Shown here piece after piece: positions 55,906 to 64,000 of a stretch of 64,000 nt of DNA. This DNA comes from Bacillota bacterium (lineage in GTDB: Bacteria; Bacillota; Desulfotomaculia; Desulfotomaculales; Nap2-2B). How positions within the stretch are numbered: the first letter of the stretch is position 1; each line of letters opens with the position of its first letter. The notes beneath the pieces are model-generated. The model worked only from the letters and a program-made list of their open reading frames with translations. It was not told where the DNA came from and did no database searches. The position numbers were made by a program, and so were the translations under genes. Location: assembly GCA_040755215.1 (NCBI GenBank), contig JBFMBG010000004.1, forward strand, positions 353-64,352. The letters run 5' to 3'.

Positions 55906-56023
55906 CTTAACCGGTGATAGCTTTTTTATTTAAATTTTTAACCAATTCCCAATTTCTTTGTTTTTGAATCCTTTACCTCACAGCACCTTGGCGGGAAATC
56001 TTTTCTTAGGGAGGAAGGGCAAG

Positions 56024-56227
56024 TTGTCGCGGCGGCTGGTAGCTTCTTTCCTGGTGCGGTTAATCCACGAACCGGATAACGAGCAGATCCCCTGGAATAT
56101 TACCGTTCAACACGTCCAGAGCGGTCGCGTGTACCGCCTGGCCGATCCGGAGGCAATCGCTTCCCTGTTGCAGGAAGTAACCAAAGAGGAAAACCACCTT
56201 CAAAAAGACCCGGCCGTTCCATTATGA
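56024..56227 (+). CDS. Small hypothetical protein
   Basis: SD GGGAGG; SFLVRL...WNITVQHVQSG; leads the fabH-like operon. Confidence 0.55.
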   Translation: MSRRLVASFLVRLIHEPDNEQIPWNITVQHVQSGRVYRLADPEAIASLLQEVTKEENHLQKDPAVPL

Positions 56228-56266
56228 AACAGGGAATTTTTAAGAAAGGGGGCAAAAGCCAAAAGT

Positions 56267-57289
56267 ATGGATCGGGCAGCAGTCGGCATTCGGAGCACGG
56301 GGATATATTTGCCCGGCAACTATCTTACCAGCGTCGATATTGCCAGGGCAAGCGGGCTGCCGCAAGAAGTGGTGGAAAAGAAACTGGGGATCTTGCGCAA
56401 GACCGTGCCCGGGCCGGACGACCACACCGTGGAAATGGGCATCCGGGCGGCGCGCCGGGCGCTGGCCAAAGGCGGGGTGGACCCCGCGGAGATAGACCTG
56501 GTTATTTACATCGGCGAGGAGTATAAGGAGCACCTGGTCCAAACCGGGGGAACCAAACTCCAGGGAGGGGTCGGGGCGAACCGGGCCTGGAGTTTCGACG
56601 TCCAGCTGCGCTGCGGGACCATGGTGCTGGCTTTAAAACTGGCCCGGGACTTAATGATTGCCGATGCAAAACTGAATACCGTCCTGCTGGCCGGCGGTTA
56701 CCGCAACGTCGATTTGATTGACTACCGAAATCCCCGGGTGCGCTTTATGTACAACCTGGCTGCCGGCGGAGCCGCCGTGGTGCTGCAGAAAAACTGGGTG
56801 CGAAACCAGGTTTTGGGCAGCCACGTCATCACCGACCCGTCCCTGGCCGACGCGGTGGGGGTGATTGCCGGCGGCACGAAAGTGCCCCTGACTCCCGAAG
56901 CGGTGGCCAGGGGGTTGTATACGCTGGAAGTGTTTGACCCGGAGGGGATGAAGAACCGCCTGGAAGAAGTGTCCATGGACAATTTTGTGCGGGTGATTGA
57001 AGAGGCGGTGCGCAAAAGCGGGTATACGACGGCGGACGTCGGCTACCTGTGCATCCTGCACATGAAGCGCTCGGCCCACGACTACATCCTTTCCCGGCTG
57101 GGCTTAAAGCCGGAGCAGGCCATTTACCTGGCCGAATACGGCCACATCGGCCAGATCGACCAGATCCTGTCCCTGGAACTGGCCCTGGAAAGCGGGCGGG
57201 TGAAAGACGGTGACCTGGTGGTGATGGTCAGCGCCGGGGTTGGTTACGCCTGGGTGGCGACGGCGGTGAAATGGGGCCCGGCGGCGTGA
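56267..57289 (+). CDS. FabH-like 3-oxoacyl-ACP synthase III family protein
   Basis: GIYLP, catalytic LRCG, LHMK, YGHIGQ.D, AGVGYAW. Confidence 0.85.
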   Translation: MDRAAVGIRSTGIYLPGNYLTSVDIARASGLPQEVVEKKLGILRKTVPGPDDHTVEMGIRAARRALAKGGVDPAEIDLVIYIGEEYKEHLVQTGGTKLQGGVGANRAWSFDVQLRCGTMVLALKLARDLMIADAKLNTVLLAGGYRNVDLIDYRNPRVRFMYNLAAGGAAVVLQKNWVRNQVLGSHVITDPSLADAVGVIAGGTKVPLTPEAVARGLYTLEVFDPEGMKNRLEEVSMDNFVRVIEEAVRKSGYTTADVGYLCILHMKRSAHDYILSRLGLKPEQAIYLAEYGHIGQIDQILSLELALESGRVKDGDLVVMVSAGVGYAWVATAVKWGPAA

Positions 57290-57333
57290 ATTATCGTGAG
57301 TCACTTTTTCAAAAAGGGGAGATCGATTGAGCA

Positions 57334-58878
57334 ATGTTTGCAGTTGACTGGCTGGCGAAAAGAGAGGAATTGACCCCCGCCAAAACGGCGGTGATCGACG
57401 CGGTCGGCGGCGTCCGGCTGACTTACCGCGATTTAAACCAGCGCGCCCGGCGCCTGGCCGCCTTTTTAAAAGAGGAACTGGGCCTGCAAAAGGGCGACCG
57501 GATCGCGGTTTTGGCCCAGAACAGGCTGGAATTTCTGGATCTTCTTTTTGCCGCGCAAAAAACGGGGACTATCCTGGTGCCGCTGAATTACCGGCTCAAA
57601 GTAAACGAACTGGCTTACCTTTTGCAGGACAGCCGGCCGCGGGTGTTTTTTTACGACCGGGCGAACGCGGCCGCCGCGGCCGATTTGCGCTCGCGTGCCG
57701 CGGCGGCGGCATACGTTTTCCTGGGGGAAGAAAGGGAAGGTGCATCAGCCGGGAGCGAGAGCGCCGGGGACGTTGCTTACGCCCGGATTCTCGCCGCTTC
57801 GCCCCGTTCTTTTGCCGGCCCGCAGAATGATTTTGATTTAGAAGCACCCTGGCTCATTTTATATACCGGCGGCACCACCGGTTTTCCCAAAGGGGCGGTG
57901 CTTTCCCGGCGCATGGTGACCTGGAACGCCGTCAATACGGCCGTCAGCTGGGGGCTGACTCCCGACGACGTCGCCCCCGTCTTTTATCCGTTTTTTCACA
58001 CCGGCGGGATCAATGTGCTGACCACCCCGCTCGTCCATTTGGGCGGGACGCTCGTTTTGACCGGCCCCTTTCAGGCCCGGCTGGCTCTGGAGACGATTGA
58101 ACGGGAGCGCTGCACGGTAATCAGCATGGTGCCCACCATGTTTCAAATGATTATGGACGAGCCGGCTTTTCCGCAGGCGGACTTCAGCAGCGTGCGGCTG
58201 TGTATTTCCGGCGGGGCGCCCTGCCCCAGGCACATTTACGAAGCGTTTTTGGCGAAAGGAGTAATTTTCAAGCAGGGATACGGGTTGACCGAAGCGGGCC
58301 CGAACTGTTTCGCCCTTCCGGAGGACGCTGCGTTGCGCAAGATCGGCTCCGTGGGCTGGCCGGTGTTCCACAGCGAAGTCAGGCTCGTCGGCGAGGACGG
58401 CCGGGAAGCTGCCCCCGGCGAGGTGGGTGAACTGGCCATCCGGGGAAACCACCTGTGTTCCGGCTACTGGCAGAACCCCGCCGCCACGGCGGAAATTTTG
58501 CGGGACGGCTGGCTGTACACCGGAGACCTGGCGCGGCAGGACGAGGAAGGGTTCTTTTACATTGTCGGGCGCAAAAAAGAAATGATCATCAGCGGCGGGG
58601 AAAACGTCTACCCGGTGGAAATCGAGGCCGTTTTAAACAGCCACCCGAAAATTGCCGAAGCGGCGGTGATCGGCATCCCGCACGAAAAATGGGGGGAAGT
58701 GCCGAAAGCGGTGGTCGCCCTGCGCCCCGGCGCCCGGGCCGCCGCCGAAGAGATTATTTCCTTCTGCCGGGAACGGCTGGCCGGCTACAAAGTGCCGAAA
58801 GTCGTCGAATTCAGGCGTGAGCTGCCCAAAAGCAGCATGGGGAAAATTTTGAAAAGGGAACTGCAGCAGGGGAACTGA
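57334..58878 (+). CDS. Acyl-CoA synthetase (AMP-forming)
   Basis: YTGGTTGFPKG, GYGLTE, TGDL, GRKKEMIISGGEN, GKILK. Confidence 0.93.
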   Translation: MFAVDWLAKREELTPAKTAVIDAVGGVRLTYRDLNQRARRLAAFLKEELGLQKGDRIAVLAQNRLEFLDLLFAAQKTGTILVPLNYRLKVNELAYLLQDSRPRVFFYDRANAAAAADLRSRAAAAAYVFLGEEREGASAGSESAGDVAYARILAASPRSFAGPQNDFDLEAPWLILYTGGTTGFPKGAVLSRRMVTWNAVNTAVSWGLTPDDVAPVFYPFFHTGGINVLTTPLVHLGGTLVLTGPFQARLALETIERERCTVISMVPTMFQMIMDEPAFPQADFSSVRLCISGGAPCPRHIYEAFLAKGVIFKQGYGLTEAGPNCFALPEDAALRKIGSVGWPVFHSEVRLVGEDGREAAPGEVGELAIRGNHLCSGYWQNPAATAEILRDGWLYTGDLARQDEEGFFYIVGRKKEMIISGGENVYPVEIEAVLNSHPKIAEAAVIGIPHEKWGEVPKAVVALRPGARAAAEEIISFCRERLAGYKVPKVVEFRRELPKSSMGKILKRELQQGN

Positions 58879-58964
58879 TTAGAAGCAACGAAGTAGTATT
58901 TGGGGAGATTCATTGTGGAACATAACACAAGAAAACATAAGTAAGTTACGAAGGAAGTGGAATA

Positions 58965-59723
58965 ATGACGGACGGGATTATTTCCACGCAGGATCTGACC
59001 ATCGCCTTCGGCGGCCACCTGGCCGTCAACGGCGTCAGCGTCAGCGTCAGGCCCTATGCCTTTACCTCCCTGATCGGCCCGAACGGGGCGGGGAAGACCA
59101 CCTTTTTCAACCTGCTCAGCGGCCAGCTGGCGCCCACGCGCGGCAGAATATTTTTTAAAGGACGCGAGATTACCCGCCTGCCGGCCCATTCCCGGGCCCG
59201 TCTCGGATTGGGGCGCTGCTTTCAAATCACCAACGTATTTCCAAAGCTGACGGTTTTGGAAAATGTTCGCCTGGCTGTGCAGGCCAGGGCGCGGGTCGGT
59301 TACCGCCCGCTGACGTCCGTCGCCAGGTTTCCGGAGCTGAAGGCGAAAGCACTGGAAATTTTAGAATTGGTGGAGTTGACGAAAAAAGCCGGCGCCCCGG
59401 CCGTTACCCTCACCCACGGCGAAAAGCGCAAGCTGGAGATTGCCATTGTCCTCGCCCTGGAACCGGAAGTTTTGCTGCTGGATGAGCCTACCGCCGGCAT
59501 TTCCCTGGAGGAAGTACCGGCCATGATTGCGCTGTTAAAGCGTCTGAAAGAAAAGCGGGACAGGACAATTTTGCTGGTGGAGCATAAAATGGACATGGTT
59601 TTATCCCTTTCGGACGAAATGATGGTCTTTCATTCCGGCTCCCTGCTGGCGCGGGGATTGCCGGAGGACGTCATCCGGGACGAAAGGGTGCAGGCGGCTT
59701 ACCTGGGGGGTGGCCTGGCTTGA
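58965..59723 (+). CDS. LivG-type ABC ATP-binding protein
   Basis: GPNGAGKTT, LLLDEPTAG, VEH, YLG. Confidence 0.92.
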   Translation: MTDGIISTQDLTIAFGGHLAVNGVSVSVRPYAFTSLIGPNGAGKTTFFNLLSGQLAPTRGRIFFKGREITRLPAHSRARLGLGRCFQITNVFPKLTVLENVRLAVQARARVGYRPLTSVARFPELKAKALEILELVELTKKAGAPAVTLTHGEKRKLEIAIVLALEPEVLLLDEPTAGISLEEVPAMIALLKRLKEKRDRTILLVEHKMDMVLSLSDEMMVFHSGSLLARGLPEDVIRDERVQAAYLGGGLA

Positions 59724-60427
59724 TTTTACAGGTGGCGGATTTGCATACGTATATCGGCGAATTTCACATTCTTCAGGGAATCAGCCTGGCCGTTCCAGAG
59801 GGCGGGGCAACCGTGGTCCTGGGCCGCAACGGCGCCGGAAAAACGACCGTTTTACGCACCATCATGGGTCTATTGCGGCCGCACAGCGGAGAGATCCGGT
59901 TTGCCGGGCAGCCCATCGCCGGTCTGCCCGCGCACGTCATCGCCAGGCGGGGCCTGGGTTACGTGCCGGAAGACCACGGGATCTTCGGCGGGCTGACCGT
60001 GGAAGAAAATTTACGCCTGGCCATGCGGGGGCAGCGAAAGGAGGAGCGCCTGGCCGGAATGCTGGCGCTTTTTCCGGAGCTGCAGGCGGCCTGGCGGAAA
60101 AGGGCGGGGAGCTTGAGCGGCGGCCAGAAGCAGATGCTGGCCATCGGGCGCGTGCTTTTGACCGAAAGCCGCCTGCTCTTGATCGACGAGCCGAGCAAGG
60201 GTTTGGCGCCCCTGATTGTCGAAAAGGTGGCCCAGGCCCTCAACGAGATTAAAAAAGAAACGACGATCGTATTGGTGGAGCAGAATTTTAACCTGGCCCG
60301 GGCCGTAGGCGATTTTTGCTCGGTTATTGACGACGGGCGCACCGTTTGGAGCGGCGGGATGTCCGAACTGGCGGCAAACGGCGAAATTCTGCACCGGTAC
60401 CTGGGGATCGGCAAGGGCTTAAGTTAA
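59720..60427 (+). CDS. LivF-type ABC ATP-binding protein
   Basis: GRNGAGKTT, LSGGQKQMLA, DEPSKGLAP, VEQN. Confidence 0.92.
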   Translation: MILQVADLHTYIGEFHILQGISLAVPEGGATVVLGRNGAGKTTVLRTIMGLLRPHSGEIRFAGQPIAGLPAHVIARRGLGYVPEDHGIFGGLTVEENLRLAMRGQRKEERLAGMLALFPELQAAWRKRAGSLSGGQKQMLAIGRVLLTESRLLLIDEPSKGLAPLIVEKVAQALNEIKKETTIVLVEQNFNLARAVGDFCSVIDDGRTVWSGGMSELAANGEILHRYLGIGKGLS

Positions 60428-60446
60428 GTGCCAGGCACTTAACTTA
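60420..60446. repeat. Perfect REP-like palindrome
   Basis: TAAGTTAAGTGCC-A-GGCACTTAACTTA, overlapping the livF-like stop codon. Confidence 0.75.
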
Positions 60447-60465
60447 TTTTCTGGGGAGGAGAGCA

Positions 60466-61329
60466 ATGGATACTTTTATCAATCTGTTCACCAACGGGAT
60501 TGCCACCGGCATGGCCGTCTTTCTGCTGGCGGTGGGCCTCTCGATCATTTTCGGGCTGATGAGCGTGTTGAACCTGTCCCACGGCGCCCTGTTCATGTGG
60601 GGGGCTTACGTGGGGGCATGGATTTTCGGGCTCACCCACAATTTTTTGCTGGCCGTTTTGAGCGCCGTCTTTGCCGGGGCAATCATCGGGACGATTTTGG
60701 AGCGGCTCACCATCAGCCGGGTTTACGGGAACCACATTTTGCAGCTGCTGCTGACGATGGGCCTGATGATCGTGTTGGGAGAGTTGATCAAGGTAGTCTG
60801 GGGTCCCAATATCTTAACCAGTGCGGTGCCGCAAATTTTGAGCGGCAGCTGGGATTTCGGCGGGATTATCCTGATCAAGTTCCGGATGTTTACCATTGCC
60901 GTGGGCTTGTTCGTGGCGCTGGCCGTATATTTGCTGCTCAAGCGCACCATGCTGGGCATCGTGGTCCGGGCGGGGGTGGAAAACCCGGAAATGGTGCAGG
61001 CGCTGGGGTTCGACATCCGGAAGGTGTTTACCCTGGTGTTTGCCCTGGAGGCCGGGCTGGCGGCCCTGGGCGGGGCGATCATGGGGCCGCTGGGCGGCGC
61101 CATCAGCCCCTCGATGGGTTTGGATAACCAGCTCCTGGCCTTCGTTGTGGTGGTCATCGGCGGCCTGGGCAGCTTTGTCGGTTCCCTGGCGGGCGCCCTG
61201 CTGGTCGGCCTGATCGGGGCTTTTGTGGCCTGGTTTATTCCGGAGGCCGCCCTGGCGGTCAACGTTCTGTTGATGGCGGTGGTCTTGCTGCTCAAGCCCA
61301 CCGGTTTATTTGGAGGAGGCGGGGTCTGA
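60466..61329 (+). CDS. LivH-type ABC permease
   Basis: GLSIIFGLM.VLNLSHG, FVVVVIGGLGS, LKPTGLFG. Confidence 0.92.
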   Translation: MDTFINLFTNGIATGMAVFLLAVGLSIIFGLMSVLNLSHGALFMWGAYVGAWIFGLTHNFLLAVLSAVFAGAIIGTILERLTISRVYGNHILQLLLTMGLMIVLGELIKVVWGPNILTSAVPQILSGSWDFGGIILIKFRMFTIAVGLFVALAVYLLLKRTMLGIVVRAGVENPEMVQALGFDIRKVFTLVFALEAGLAALGGAIMGPLGGAISPSMGLDNQLLAFVVVVIGGLGSFVGSLAGALLVGLIGAFVAWFIPEAALAVNVLLMAVVLLLKPTGLFGGGGV

Positions 61330-62291
61330 TGAAAAGGTGGCCGGGATATGTTTTAGCGGGGGTAATTTTAATCTTTTTACTTGCCCTGCCGTTGTTGACC
61401 GGGTCGCGCGCCACCCTTAATTTGTTCACGCACATTTTTATCTTCAGCATTTTTGCCATGAGTTATAATTTACTTTTGGGTTATACGGGCATGGTCAGCT
61501 TCGGGCACGCGCTTTTTTTCGGCAGCGGGGCTTATCTCGTCGGGCTTTTGTTGAAAAACGCCGGCTCCGGCCTGTCCACTATGTTGGGGGGTATTATCGC
61601 CGCCGCCCTGTTTGCACTGGTCGTTTCGCTGGTCATCGGCGTCCTCTCCCTGCGGGTGCGGGACGTGTACTTCGCCATGCTTACGCTGGCCTTCGGCGAG
61701 TTGTTTTTTATCGCCGCGCTGAAATTGCGCACCTTCACCGGGGGCGAGGACGGCTTCAGTTTTTCCGTGCCGCCGTTGCTGCAGGACAGGGTTCTTTATT
61801 ATTACCTGGCGCTGTTCAGCTTCGTTCTCATCTCCTGGTTTTTGCACACTTTTGTTTCTTCCCCGGCGGGTGCGGTCCTGCAGGCCATCCGGGAAAACGA
61901 GCAGCGGGCGGCGGCGCTGGGCTACGACGTTTTCCGGTATAAGCTTCTTTCCACCGTCGTGGCCGGGGTTCTGGCCAGCCTGGCCGGGGCGCTCTACGGC
62001 CTGCAGCAGCGCTTCGTGAGCGCTTCCGTGCTGGCCCTGGATAAGACCATGGACGCCCTGATGATGACGATTATCGGCGGCAGCGGCACTCTTTTCGGGC
62101 CGGTGGTCGGCGCGGCGCTGGTCAGCTTTGCCCAAGAGTGGTTTACCAGGCTCGCCCGCTCGTACACCATCTTTGAGCGATGGCTGATTCTTTTCGGGTT
62201 CGTCTATATTCTAATCGTTCTTTTCTTCCCGGGCGGCCTGTTGCGGGCGTGGCAGCGCCTGGCGGCCGGGAAAAGGGCGCGCCCCGGATAA
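61329..62291 (+). CDS. LivM-type ABC permease
   Basis: LGYTGMVSFGHA, TGGEDG, AIRENE.RA.ALG, IIGGSGT. Confidence 0.92.
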   Translation: MKRWPGYVLAGVILIFLLALPLLTGSRATLNLFTHIFIFSIFAMSYNLLLGYTGMVSFGHALFFGSGAYLVGLLLKNAGSGLSTMLGGIIAAALFALVVSLVIGVLSLRVRDVYFAMLTLAFGELFFIAALKLRTFTGGEDGFSFSVPPLLQDRVLYYYLALFSFVLISWFLHTFVSSPAGAVLQAIRENEQRAAALGYDVFRYKLLSTVVAGVLASLAGALYGLQQRFVSASVLALDKTMDALMMTIIGGSGTLFGPVVGAALVSFAQEWFTRLARSYTIFERWLILFGFVYILIVLFFPGGLLRAWQRLAAGKRARPG

Positions 62292-62323
62292 ACCGGGATC
62301 GGCGCCGGAAATGCTGGTAAAAG

Positions 62324-62450
62324 CGGCCAGGTGCCCGGCACTCAACTCATTGTTCACTGAGATGTCTTTTCCGGAACGTTTCCTTTTGAAGGAAGGATGC
62401 CGGAAAAAGACATCTGGTGGATAGCACGTTGAGGGCCTGGCGCCTGGCCG
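62324..62450. repeat. REP-related long hairpin (may also act as terminator)
   Basis: CGGCCAGGTGCCCGGCACTCAAC ... GTTGAGGGCCTGGCGCCTGGCCG with inner AGATGTCTTTTCCGG / CCGGAAAAAGACATCT. Confidence 0.65.
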
Positions 62451-62460
62451 GTTATTTTGC

Positions 62461-62489
62461 TTGAAGGGCCTGTTTGGAAATGCTATAAT
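62461..62489 (+). promoter_or_regulatory. sigma-A promoter of lepA
   Basis: TTGAAG-N17-TATAAT with a TG extension. Confidence 0.75.
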
Positions 62490-62516
62490 GGATTGGGAGA
62501 GAGCAGGAATCAGGCG

Positions 62517-64000
62517 ATGAGTGGAAATCAACAGTTAATCCGCAACTTTTGCATTATCGCCCACATCGACCACGGGAAATCGACCCTGGCCGACCGGCTG
62601 CTGGAATTTACCGGCGCGCTGACCCAAAGGGAAATGGTGGAACAGGTTCTGGACCAGATGGACTTAGAGCGCGAGCGGGGGATCACCATCAAAGCCAAGG
62701 CGGTGCGCCTTGCCTACCGGGCCAAAGACGGCCGGGAGTACCAGTTAAACCTGATCGACACCCCCGGGCACGTCGACTTTTCCTACGAAGTGTCGCGCAG
62801 TCTCGCCGCCTGCGAGGGGGCCTTGCTGGTGGTGGACGCCGCCCAGGGGGTGGAGGCGCAGACCCTGGCCAACGCCTACCTGGCCATGGAAAACGACCTG
62901 GAACTGATCCCGGTGATCAACAAAATTGACCTTCCCAATGCTGAACAGGAACGTGTGAAAAAAGAAATCGAAGACGTCCTGGGCCTGGACGCCGCCGGGG
63001 CTATTCCGGCTTCGGCCAAGCTGGGCACCGGAGTGGAGGAGATCCTGGAGAGCATCGTCGCCCGGATTCCGCCCCCGCGGGGGGACGCGGCGGCCCCCCT
63101 AAAGGCGCTGATTTTCGACTCCCACTACGATCCCTATAAGGGCGTCATTGCCTACGTGCGCGTGGTGGACGGCTGCTTCCGGCCGGGGATGGTCATCAAG
63201 ATGATGGCTTCCGGAAAGGAATTTGAGGTGAGCGAGGTAGGGGTCTTTCGCCCGGCCATGGCGGCGGTCGACGCACTGCGGGCCGGCGAAGTGGGCTTTA
63301 TCGCGGCGGGAATCAAAAACGTCAAGGACGCCCGGGTGGGGGACACGATCACCGAAGCGGTCCGCCCGGCCGCCAAACCTTTGCCCGGCTACCGGCGGGC
63401 GACGCCGATGGTCTACTGCGGCCTCTACCCTGTGGATACGATCAATTACGAAGATCTGCGCGAGGCTTTAGAAAAGCTCCAGCTCAACGATGCTTCCCTG
63501 GTGTTTGAGCCGGAGACCTCGGAGGCTTTGGGCTTCGGCTTCCGCTGCGGTTTTTTGGGCCTTTTGCACATGGAAATCGTCCAGGAACGCCTGGAAAGGG
63601 AATACCGGCTGAACCTGATTACCACCGCGCCCAACGTGGTCTACAGGGTGACGACCACGGCCGGGGAGGCGCTCTTCATCGAAAACCCCGCGAAACTGCC
63701 GCCGCCGGTGAAAATAGAAAAAATGGAGGAGCCTTTTGTAGCGGCGACGCTCATGCTCCCCAGGGATTACATCGGGGCGGTGATGGAGCTCTGCCAGGAG
63801 CGGCGCGGGATTTTTAAAAACATGGAATACCTGGGCGAAAACCGCGTCATGCTCACCTATGAGCTCCCGTTAAGCGAAATTATCTACGATTTCTTCGATC
63901 AGCTAAAGTCGCGCACCCGCGGGTACGCTTCCCTGGATTACGAACTGGCGGGTTACCGGGAAAGCGACCTGGTCAGGCTGGACATCCTGGTGAACGGGGA
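62517..64000 (+). CDS. lepA: Translation elongation factor 4 (LepA), 3' end outside the window
   Basis: [50 protein letters not shown]. Confidence 0.97.
   Translation, partial: MSGNQQLIRNFCIIAHIDHGKSTLADRLLEFTGALTQREMVEQVLDQMDLERERGITIKAKAVRLAYRAKDGREYQLNLIDTPGHVDFSYEVSRSLAACEGALLVVDAAQGVEAQTLANAYLAMENDLELIPVINKIDLPNAEQERVKKEIEDVLGLDAAGAIPASAKLGTGVEEILESIVARIPPPRGDAAAPLKALIFDSHYDPYKGVIAYVRVVDGCFRPGMVIKMMASGKEFEVSEVGVFRPAMAAVDALRAGEVGFIAAGIKNVKDARVGDTITEAVRPAAKPLPGYRRATPMVYCGLYPVDTINYEDLREALEKLQLNDASLVFEPETSEALGFGFRCGFLGLLHMEIVQERLEREYRLNLITTAPNVVYRVTTTAGEALFIENPAKLPPPVKIEKMEEPFVAATLMLPRDYIGAVMELCQERRGIFKNMEYLGENRVMLTYELPLSEIIYDFFDQLKSRTRGYASLDYELAGYRESDLVRLDILVNG

Overview
GC-rich chromosomal window from a spore-forming, sulfite/sulfate-reducing Firmicute (inferred Desulfotomaculaceae/Peptococcaceae-like from dsrABD-dsrMK-dsrC-dsrN together with sleB/ypeB). 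From left to right: the tail of a type-3 BREX defence locus (pglZ, brxA) preceded by an AT-rich TcmP-type methyltransferase plus SplB-like radical SAM pair; a small UGA-readthrough (selenocysteine) metal/2Fe-2S protein; a tungsten/molybdopterin region (two moeA, MoaD-like, tupB, AOR, ferredoxin); a HylCBA-FdhF-type multimeric selenocysteine formate dehydrogenase operon; a sigma54 activator with HdrD-like and AbfD-like genes; tRNA-Gly(CCC); a SCIFF/ranthipeptide pair whose precursor has only five Cys; cell-wall genes and murA; the dsr cluster; germination genes; a BTAD-regulator/FabH-like/acyl-CoA ligase/ABC module with three matching operator-promoters; and the 5' part of lepA. Four small toxin-antitoxin cassettes (two with broken toxins) and many intergenic hairpin elements built from 7-, 8- and 9-nt tandem units or REP-like units are scattered through the window. 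All family assignments come from motif recognition by eye, with no database search. No CRISPR array, prophage, integrase or intact transposase was seen.
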